This document shows positions 39,193 to 48,100 of a stretch of DNA of 64,000 nucleotides, piece after piece. Position 1 is the first letter of the stretch. Each line of letters opens with the position of its first letter. A program made the translations under genes and the position numbers. The notes beneath the pieces were generated by a model. It saw only the letters and a program-made list of their open reading frames with translations, ran no database searches and was not told the DNA's origin. Where the stretch lies: IMG/VR virus record IMGVR_UViG_3300032245_001860, positions 186,001 through 250,000 of that record, one strand, 5' to 3'.

Positions 39193-41684
39193 GCAATTGT
39201 GTTTTCTACAACTACAAGTGTTTGCACTTTGTCTCCAGAATCTAAACCAACTATTTTACTTCCAATAGTAGTTTTTCCTTTGGAGCGAAAATCTTCTACA
39301 GACATTCTTACCATTTTTCCTTTCTGAGTCAGTACAAGAAATTCCTTTCCTTCACTAACTACAGCTGCGCAAACAATGTTTCCATTACGGTTTTTCTTTT
39401 CTGAATTAATTGTTTTGCTTCCTTTAGCATATCTTCCTGATAAAGATTTGTATTCATTTGCATCAGTTTTCTTACCAAAACCATTTTCAGTAATGACTAA
39501 TATTTCAGAACTTTCATTTCTATCCAAGACAAGCATGGAAACAATAGTATCGCTTTCTTGAAGATTCATAGCCCTTACTCCTTGACCTGCTCTACCAATA
39601 GATCTAACAATATCTTCCGAATATCTTAATGCGTATCCATTAGCTGTGATTAAGGCTATATCTTTTTCGCCATTAGTTGTTGAAACGTGAACAAGTGAAT
39701 CGTCTTCATTTAAGGTTAAAGCTTTTAGGCCTCTTTTTCTCAAACTTGTATTGTATTCTCTGATTTCACTTCTTTTTATAAGGCCATTCTTTGTAACCAT
39801 TATGAAGTACCCATCTACATCTAAAGATTTCATCGTAATAGTAGATGCTACAACTTCTTCAGGAGCTAAAGCAAGCAGATTAGCTGTATGGATGCCTTTA
39901 TTTGTTCTTGAAGACAATGGTATTTCATATCCCTTCTTCTTTAACAAATTGCCTTGATTAGTGAAAAATAAGAACAAATCATGAGTGGAGCCTACGTAAA
40001 TATCAGCAGCTTCATCTTCTTCACGACCCTTGACTGCAATTACACCCTTACCTCCACGCCCTTGAGACTTGAATGTATCAAGTGGAACTCTTTTGATGTA
40101 TCCATCTTTGGTAAGAGAAACAACAATTTGTTCTTCAGTGATCAAATCTTCATAATTGAAATCATCCATAGAAGGAACTATTTCACTGCGACGATCATCT
40201 CCAAGTTTTTCAGCGACATCAAGTTGCTCTTTAGAGATAAGGCTAAGCATTTTCTTTTCTGAAGCTAATTGAGCGCTAAGCCATTCATTTCTCTTTGTAA
40301 GTTTGGCAAATTCATCAGCCATCGAATTGACATCAAGCTTTGTAAGATTTCCTAATGTAATCTTCAAAACTGCATCAGCTTGTTCTGGAGACTTTACAAA
40401 TCCCTGTGTGATGAGTTCTTGTTGTGCCACATTCCTATCATCAGCTTCACGGATGAGTTTAATAACCGCATCAATTTTAGAGGTAATGCCAATGAGCCCA
40501 TCAAGGATATGGAGTCTTCGATTATTCTTGTCCAGTTCTGCATTGAATTTTCTCGTCAAAACATCTTTTCTATGATTCACAAATGTTTCAACTAATTTTA
40601 TTAGCGGGACATTTTCAACAACTTTCTTTCCATCCATTAGAACTGTAGAGTTTACAGAAAAGTTTGTTCTAAGGCATGTATGCTTAAGAATAAGATTGAG
40701 GACAACATTTGTATTTGCTGTTTTATGGATCCAAATTCTTACATCCATTCCTTTTTTATTTGTAAGGTTTTTGAGATTTGTAATTCCTTCAATCTTTTTG
40801 GATTCAACAAGTTCTTTTATTTCTCGACAGAAGCCTTCAGCAGACCCGCCATAAGGCAAAGCTGTAACCCGGATATATTGCTGCCCATTTCTCTCTGACT
40901 CTATTGTGTGATACCCTTCAAGTTGGACAGACCCTCTTCCAGTTGTAAAATAATTCTTTACACCTGTATTACCAAGAATCTTGCATGGCAGTGGAAAGTC
41001 AGGACCTGGAACAATTTCCATAATCTCTTCAATGTTGATATCAGGATTTTTGATATAAGCATCTATGAGTTTTGCTATTTCACGTAAGTTGTGAGGAGCC
41101 ATTGATGTAGCCCAACCAACTGCAATTCCTGAACATCCATTGACAATTAAGTTTGGAATTAATGATGGCATAACTGTTGGTTCGGTCAACTCATCATTGT
41201 AGTTTGAAACATAATCTACAACTTGGTTTGAAAGCTCAGAAACCATTTGATCACCAAAGACAGAAAACTTAGCTTCTGTATAGCGCATAGCAGCTGGTTT
41301 GTCTTCAGGAGCAGGAGAACCAAAGTTTCCCTGAGGTGAAATAAGTGGATATCTCAATGACCAATCTTGAGCCATACGAACAAGTGTAGGATAAACTACT
41401 GCTTCTCCGTGTGGGTGATAGTTACCAGATACGTCACCACAAATCTTTGCACATTTCTTTGTTTTGCCAGATGATCTCAAGTTCAAGTCATTCATGGCAA
41501 CAAGTGTCCTGCGTTGAGATGGCTTTAGTCCATCTCTGGCATCTGGTAAAGCACGATCTTCCATGACTGCAAAAGCATAATTTGTAAACCTGTCATCAAT
41601 GAGTTCAATGAACTCTTTTTCAATGACATGATCCTGCTTAACTTCAAGAGGATTTACTTCTTCAATTTTTAATTTCTTAGCCAT
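39168..41684 (-). CDS. gyrA: DNA gyrase subunit A
   Basis: RALPDARDGLKPSQRR, YHPHG, AAMRYTE (catalytic Tyr), GyrA-box QGRGGKG, C-terminal pinwheel repeats. Confidence 0.96.
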   Translation of the reverse strand: MAKKLKIEEVNPLEVKQDHVIEKEFIELIDDRFTNYAFAVMEDRALPDARDGLKPSQRRTLVAMNDLNLRSSGKTKKCAKICGDVSGNYHPHGEAVVYPTLVRMAQDWSLRYPLISPQGNFGSPAPEDKPAAMRYTEAKFSVFGDQMVSELSNQVVDYVSNYNDELTEPTVMPSLIPNLIVNGCSGIAVGWATSMAPHNLREIAKLIDAYIKNPDINIEEIMEIVPGPDFPLPCKILGNTGVKNYFTTGRGSVQLEGYHTIESERNGQQYIRVTALPYGGSAEGFCREIKELVESKKIEGITNLKNLTNKKGMDVRIWIHKTANTNVVLNLILKHTCLRTNFSVNSTVLMDGKKVVENVPLIKLVETFVNHRKDVLTRKFNAELDKNNRRLHILDGLIGITSKIDAVIKLIREADDRNVAQQELITQGFVKSPEQADAVLKITLGNLTKLDVNSMADEFAKLTKRNEWLSAQLASEKKMLSLISKEQLDVAEKLGDDRRSEIVPSMDDFNYEDLITEEQIVVSLTKDGYIKRVPLDTFKSQGRGGKGVIAVKGREEDEAADIYVGSTHDLFLFFTNQGNLLKKKGYEIPLSSRTNKGIHTANLLALAPEEVVASTITMKSLDVDGYFIMVTKNGLIKRSEIREYNTSLRKRGLKALTLNEDDSLVHVSTTNGEKDIALITANGYALRYSEDIVRSIGRAGQGVRAMNLQESDTIVSMLVLDRNESSEILVITENGFGKKTDANEYKSLSGRYAKGSKTINSEKKNRNGNIVCAAVVSEGKEFLVLTQKGKMVRMSVEDFRSKGKTTIGSKIVGLDSGDKVQTLVVVENTIAKEETLQQ

Positions 41685-43803
41685 GATTTTCTACCAATCT
41701 CTTTGCGGACTTCTGAATAATATGCTCTTTGCGTGGAGCGACTTCACTTCCCATTAATACATTCAAAATTCTTGATGCTTCTTCAACGTCATCAACAGTT
41801 ACCTTGATAATTTGTCTCTTACCAATTTCCATTGTTGTTGTGCCAAGTTCATCAGCATCCATTTCACCCAGACCTTTGAATCTTGTTACTTCTATTTTAT
41901 CACCATACTTCTTTCTGTAACCCTCAAGTTCAGCATCAGTGTGGATATAAAACTTATCATTTTTTACATTGACTCTATATAATGGTGGTTTTGCAATATA
42001 TAGATGGCCTTCTGTAATTAGGGGTCTCATAAATCTATAGAAGAAAGTCATTAAAAGTGTGGCTATATGAGCACCATCATCATCAGCATCAGTCATAATA
42101 ACAATCTTGCCATATCTTAGGTCTTTAAGATTAAAATCATCACGAATTCCAGTTCCAACTGCTGAAATAATTGCAGCAACTTCTTCGTTTTGCATCAACT
42201 TGGCATAATCATTCTTTTCAGGATTAATGATTTTTCCACGAATGGGCATGACTGCTTGATACTCAGGATCTCTACCACCCTTGCAAGAACCAGCAGCAGA
42301 ATCACCTTCAACAATATAAAGTTCTGTTGAAACTGAATCTTCTGAATTACAATCAGAAAGTTTTCCAGGAAGAGAGCCAGATCTACCTAAAAATCCTTGT
42401 CTTTTTATAGACTCAGAAGCTCTTTTTGCTGCTGCTCTTGCTTTAGCTGCTCTGAGTGCTCTTTCCGCAATACTTTTTACAATGGTAGGGTTTTTTTCAA
42501 AGAATTCTGTGAGGGCTTCAGAAAACAATCTGTTAACCACACCTTCAACCTCTTGAGAACCGAGTTTACCCTTTGTTTGACCTTCAAATTGAGGCTGAGG
42601 TAAACGAACAGAAACAATAGCAACAATACCTTCACGAATATCCTCTCCAGTTAGATTAGTATCCTTTTCCTTGAGAACATTTGATGATCTGGCAAATTGG
42701 TTGACAACTCTGGTGATACATGTCTTAAATCCACTTAGATGAGTTCCGCCATCAGAAGTATAGATATTGTTAGCATATGTATAGATTGTTTCATCGTCTT
42801 CGTCACTATATTGAAATGCTACCTGAACATTTACTTTTCCTGACTTATTGTCAAAGAAGAAAGGTTTTACAGGATACACATTTGATCTTGAATTAGCAAG
42901 ATAAGAAACATAATCTGCAATACCACCTTCAAAGAAAAATTCTTCTTTTGTTCCGGTGTTTTCATTCTTGTAGCAAATTTGTAATCCGCCATTAAGGTAA
43001 GCAGTTTCTCTCAATCTTCTTACTAATACATTTTCATCAAATTGAATATTTTTATATGAGTGATTAAACCAAGAGTTATATGCTTCAGTGTAAATATTGT
43101 CTGCGTAATTCATTGACTTGAAACATTCTGAGAAAATATTTAAGTCAACAGGTCCAGAAATAAGGGCTTTTCTCCATTTTCCAGAACATTCAGCAAATTT
43201 TTCATCAATATCAAAATCATCAACAAGGACTTCTCGGAAAGCGTCTTCTACTGCAAACTGACCAAAAATATTATGATCAGGAGTAAAAGTAATCTTAGTT
43301 CCTGTTGAAGTAGATGTTCCACTTTCTGTGACTTGAGATACAGGAATGCCCCTGTCAAAGCTTAGTTGATATTTCTTCTTATCGCGAGAAACTTCAACAT
43401 CAAGTCTTACAGAAAGAAAGTTCACACAGGAAGCACCAACACCATGCAAACCGCCAGATGCTTCGTAGCCTGAACCATCGTCACCAAACTTACCACCTGC
43501 ATGCAATTCAGTAAGAACAATTTCAAGAGTAGATCGCTTTTTGGGATCTTCTTGTTTTACTGCTACAGGAATGCCACGACCATTATCAATTATGGTAACA
43601 GATCGGTTATCTTTTGAAACTACAACATCAATCTTTGAACAATGACCTGCCATATGTTCATCAACAGAGTTGTCTAAAATTTCCCAAACAAGATGATGTA
43701 GACCCTTTTTACCAGTATCACCAATATACATAGCAGGGCGTGTACGCACTGCTTCTTGGCTTTCCAAAATTTGAATGGAATTTTCGTTGTATTGATTTGC
43801 CAT
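41677..43803 (-). CDS. gyrB: DNA gyrase subunit B
   Basis: RPAMYIG, EILDNSVDE, GGLHGVG, TOPRIM VEGDSA, PIRGK, DADDDG, RFKGLGEM. Confidence 0.96.
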   Translation of the reverse strand: MANQYNENSIQILESQEAVRTRPAMYIGDTGKKGLHHLVWEILDNSVDEHMAGHCSKIDVVVSKDNRSVTIIDNGRGIPVAVKQEDPKKRSTLEIVLTELHAGGKFGDDGSGYEASGGLHGVGASCVNFLSVRLDVEVSRDKKKYQLSFDRGIPVSQVTESGTSTSTGTKITFTPDHNIFGQFAVEDAFREVLVDDFDIDEKFAECSGKWRKALISGPVDLNIFSECFKSMNYADNIYTEAYNSWFNHSYKNIQFDENVLVRRLRETAYLNGGLQICYKNENTGTKEEFFFEGGIADYVSYLANSRSNVYPVKPFFFDNKSGKVNVQVAFQYSDEDDETIYTYANNIYTSDGGTHLSGFKTCITRVVNQFARSSNVLKEKDTNLTGEDIREGIVAIVSVRLPQPQFEGQTKGKLGSQEVEGVVNRLFSEALTEFFEKNPTIVKSIAERALRAAKARAAAKRASESIKRQGFLGRSGSLPGKLSDCNSEDSVSTELYIVEGDSAAGSCKGGRDPEYQAVMPIRGKIINPEKNDYAKLMQNEEVAAIISAVGTGIRDDFNLKDLRYGKIVIMTDADDDGAHIATLLMTFFYRFMRPLITEGHLYIAKPPLYRVNVKNDKFYIHTDAELEGYRKKYGDKIEVTRFKGLGEMDADELGTTTMEIGKRQIIKVTVDDVEEASRILNVLMGSEVAPRKEHIIQKSAKRLVENHG

Positions 43804-43821
43804 TTGCTTTCCTTAGGGCAT

Positions 43822-43854
43822 AAAAAAATGCTGTGATTAGAATACCACAGCATT
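43822..43854 (-). terminator. Terminator-like hairpin overlapping the gyrB -10 and start site
   Basis: AATGCTGTG-N10-CACAGCATT followed by a T-tract on the minus strand. Confidence 0.6.
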
Positions 43855-43880
43855 ATACCCAAATTTGCCTTTTTTAGCAA
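43852..43880 (-). promoter_or_regulatory. Sigma70-type promoter for gyrBA
   Basis: TTGCTA (43880-43875), 17 nt, TATAAT (43857-43852). Confidence 0.65.
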
Positions 43881-43885
43881 CTTAA

Positions 43886-44551
43886 TTACAGGACTCGATC
43901 AGCTAATCGATAAAACCCCAATTCATCCAATAAATTTGAAATTCTTACCATATTTTTGTAATGTTGGCTTGCCATAGCTCCACCGCCACCGGCAGGGGCT
44001 TCTTTTGATTTTGCTTTAGAAATTCCAAAAGAAATTGCTTTAACAGCTTGCATAATATTATCAAGTGTGACAGGAATTTCTAATGTGTCAAGTGTTTTTC
44101 CAGCTGGCAATCTTTTCCATCTTTCGTTTCTTGTTGCTTTGATTTCTTCATCGTCAACTTGCTTATCAGGAAGTCTTTCGCCTTTTTTCCATTCATCTAT
44201 TCCACTAAGTTTATTACCGCCATACATTTGGAATATTACATTAGCAATTTCTTCTTCAGAAGTTGATCCAACATTAGATGATGAAGAGAGTATTTCGGAA
44301 AGTTTTTTCTGTAACTCGGCATCTTTTAAAATCATACCAAGATTTTCAAGTGGATAAGGCACACCTTGAGCAGATGTAGTATCAACTGGACCAGTAGCTC
44401 CGCCAGCAGGTGCTGGCATTCCAGGCATTGGTGGCATGGCCCCCATACCCATATCCATAGGTGGAGGAGCTGCACCTACAGTTGGATCTGGAGGTGGGGC
44501 AGCAGCTGCTGCAGGGTCAGCCTGAGCTATTCTTTTAATTACGGTTTTCAT
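43886..44551 (-). CDS. Hypothetical protein with Pro/Met/Ala-rich N-terminus, KxAQ tag and C-terminal LD..G.Y..AD helix
   Basis: MKTVIKRIAQ-ADPAAAAAPPP...; C-terminus VRISNLLDELGFYRLADRVL. Confidence 0.7.
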   Translation of the reverse strand: MKTVIKRIAQADPAAAAAPPPDPTVGAAPPPMDMGMGAMPPMPGMPAPAGGATGPVDTTSAQGVPYPLENLGMILKDAELQKKLSEILSSSSNVGSTSEEEIANVIFQMYGGNKLSGIDEWKKGERLPDKQVDDEEIKATRNERWKRLPAGKTLDTLEIPVTLDNIMQAVKAISFGISKAKSKEAPAGGGGAMASQHYKNMVRISNLLDELGFYRLADRVL

Positions 44552-45033
44552 TATCTGATAGGTGCAGAAATAAAGTCAGATCTATGTTTGCCAGCACCAG
44601 GTGTTATAAGCGCTTCTGAAGTTTGTTGTGCATTCTCAAGTTTTTGTTCAGAATCTGGTTCATCTTTTTCAGGATCGAAATCTAAATAATCTAAAACATC
44701 TGGATTTAATACTTCTTGCAATCCCCATTTAGATTTAGCATTTTCAGCAACTTTTCTTAAAGCTTGACCAGAGCTTAAGCCTTTTACATCGATATATTCT
44801 TCAGAGTAATCATCCCATTCATTGAGACTTGCCATTGCTTTAAGAATAGCATCATTCATACGAGCTTGTATTGTTCTTTCATCAAGTTTTTTTGCAAGTC
44901 TTAAATTTCTGTGTGCTGACTTGAACATAGAAGCAGCATGTGCAATAATCTTACTTTGCTCTTCTCTACTGAATGCATTTTTTGGGTCAATTTCTCTAAG
45001 CAATGTATGTAGTTGCTGTTCAATATTTTGCAT
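44551..45033 (-). CDS. Hypothetical protein
   Basis: TAATG-coupled to the downstream gene; contains FKSAH, LRLAK and RKVAE. Confidence 0.65.
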   Translation of the reverse strand: MQNIEQQLHTLLREIDPKNAFSREEQSKIIAHAASMFKSAHRNLRLAKKLDERTIQARMNDAILKAMASLNEWDDYSEEYIDVKGLSSGQALRKVAENAKSKWGLQEVLNPDVLDYLDFDPEKDEPDSEQKLENAQQTSEALITPGAGKHRSDFISAPIR

Positions 45034-45069
45034 ATGAATACTCTCTTAAAAAACAATCGTTAATATTTT

Positions 45070-45097
45070 ATTTATCAACAGCAGAAGTGTTACCTTT
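45070..45097 (-). promoter_or_regulatory. Putative late promoter
   Basis: AAAGG-N16-GATAAAT. Confidence 0.45.
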
Positions 45098-45101
45098 TAT
45101 T

Positions 45102-48100
45102 TTAGTCTTCTACAGTTTTATATTCTACTTTAAAATTTATATTCCTGATTTTTCCATTTGTTGTTAGGTTATTATTTGATAACGAATCAGATGTTGGAAT
45201 TTTTACAGCTATTGCAAATCTATTACTATTAGCAGTTGAATATTTATCGATTTTAGCTGATCCCAAATAAAATGCATTATCTATATTATTGCCTAAAAGT
45301 TGCCATGTATTTGGATTGGAATTATATAGTCCATCTTTGTCTACTGAAATCCATTGTATAGAATCAGTTCCAATGATGTATTCAGACAATTGTGAATAGG
45401 TTATTGTTCTTGGCAAACCTAATTTAATTCTCCAAATTGTTGCTTCGTTTGTTGTTCCACTCGTAACATAAACTGTCAATTGAGGTTTTACTTCCGAATC
45501 TGAATTTAAATCTTCTGCTCTGGCCCATGCATATTCAGCTCCTGAACCAGTGACAACATATATTCCATTTTGAGATTTATTTGAATCTTGATTTTTAACT
45601 AAAATTCTGTAGCCTTTTTCAAGAATTACACCATCAACAGTAGAAGGTGGATTTGAAAGATTGATGTCGGTGTTACTTGATGTTGTAGCGCAGTTGCAAT
45701 CACTTAATTTATTGTTTAGATTTACTCTTGCCCAATACAGAGAAGAGTTGCCAATACTTGGAGTACCACTTTCATCAAAAACAAGAGCGTAATATCCAGT
45801 AGATGCTAAACCAGATGTTACATAACATTTTTTACTGATAGTTATTTCTGAGGATTCATCTAAATTTTCGTGTCTTGACAAATAATATGAAATATTAGAA
45901 TCAGCTTTATAAATGCCATTTTCTTTGTCATTTGATTGACTAAGCAATAGAATAGTTTGACCTAAAAATATAGATGGATCTGTGAAAGAACTAACCAAAG
46001 AAGTGTTAAAATTTATAATTTTGGTACAAGGGGAATAATTTGCAATCTTATTTCTTTCAAACCAGTCAATATTATCAGATCCAAGAGTCGCATTACTTGG
46101 ATTAAAATACAATTCATATTGTTTTGATGAGTTAAGATCTACAACATAACAAGATGTAATTGAAAAACCAGCAGTATATGTTCCACTTCCTGCGGGTACT
46201 CTTGAATAAATTGGAGCTATATTCTTAGTAAATCTACCGACATATTTTTCATTTGAAGTAGTTTGAGATAGCAAAAGCACTTTGTCATCTGCAGCAAGTG
46301 TCACATTGTCTATAGAATCTGGGAAAGCAGTAGTAAGAGCTAATCCACTATAATTTGTAAATGTTGCAGCTTTGACATCAATAGTTTGTCCATACCCTGA
46401 CTTAATCCAGTTTATTGATGTGTTTCCACTTGTAGTACCAATAGAATATGGAGTGGTTGATGGCAAAATTAATTCATATGTTGTATTACCATAAACAATT
46501 CTACCTAATGCTTTTATGTCTGAAGCACTTGAAAAATCACCGCTTCTTGATAGTTTATAGACAGGATTGCTGTATACTGAATAAATTCCATTTTGTTTTT
46601 TGTTAGTTTGGTCCTTGGCTAATACAAGATCATTGACTGCCGGACTATAAGAGTTTATTATTCCTCCAAAGTCACTAAAATCAGTTATAGCAGTTCCTGT
46701 TGAAATATTGCATGAATAAATATCAACACTTTCGTAATCATACCAAGTTTTATTTCCATCAGAGCGTGAAGTGTTATTTGGATTGTAATGTAAGAAGTAT
46801 TTAGATGCACCATATAACACATTTAATGGTGTTAGTGGATTAGTGAAATTAGTATCATATGAAAGTGTTACAGGTGTATAGCCAAGGTTAGCAAATTTAT
46901 ATAATTTTTGATCTCTTTTACCAGCTTTATTGTGCTTAATGAGAACGTCTTTATCATTGTAATATGATGTTTGAAGTGTCGTGCCAAGTCCAACTTCATT
47001 ATTGCTTAAGACTAAAACATTTTGATCAGATAAAAGATTAAGTGATTGGAACCATTTATCTATTGTGAATCCAGAACCAGATGAAATTGCTTTTTCTAAG
47101 TAAAGAGTTCCAGTAAATAATCCTAATGTTTCTCCAGTACCAGGCATGTAAATATTTGATTCAAAATAAGATGCTGTAAATGCAGAACCTACTTTTTTGT
47201 AATATCCATCTGAAGACAATCTTGATGTAAAGAAATAATCATTATTGTCAGAGACTTCAACAATTTTATCTACATCTAATTTGTAGGATTTATTTTCATC
47301 GTAAATTTTATACCAATGATTTCTATCAGTATTATATTTTGATTCAGTTGTAGTACCTAAGCCAGAAGTGTTCGAAATTTGGAAATAAATATTATCTGGC
47401 GTGTATTTGTGTTGAGTTATAGATGTTCCTGAATTTATGAAATATTTTTGATCAAGAACTTGCTCAACTGTGAAATATCTATTTAAAAGTGATTTTTGTT
47501 GTTCATTGTATCTTGGAGTATTAAAATCAGAATACAAGAAAACATGCAAAGTGTCAGTTGAAGAGGTGGCAAATCCTGAATAAGGAGCTATATATCCAAA
47601 TTGGGGATTTAAGTCAAAATCAATTTGATTGTAAAATGAGGTTTTGTTCCCTTGAGCATCTACAACAAATACATCTACACTTGGATAATTATTTTCACTC
47701 CAATAATATGTGTCTGATGTTCCTGCCTTTACTAAATGAATTGCAGCGTCAAAAATTGTATCACCTGGAGCTATTTCAAGATTTTTGAAATAGTCAATAT
47801 GACCATCAGTTACATTTTGTTTTACTCTTCTTAGATAATAAGTCCAAGTATTTGGATTAATGTGAACAATTTGATAGATTCCATTTACGTGATTTGGTAA
47901 TCCAGAATTCCAGACATCTTCATTGCTGTCTTGGTAAATTACCCTGTCACCAATTTCATAAAAATATATGACAGAAGGATCAGTTAATATTGTGTATAGC
48001 TGACTGCCTCTATTTACTGTCAGCATATCTCCATCAACTGTGTCTTTATTTTGAAGATCTCCAGCAATGAAGTGTTGTATAGGAGCTAAACTTGGGAAGT

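Noticed and set aside
43045-43260. Intein in GyrB (also considered for the helicase insert)
   Set aside because: No N-terminal C/S block A, no terminal HN followed by C/S/T, no endonuclease motifs, and too short.
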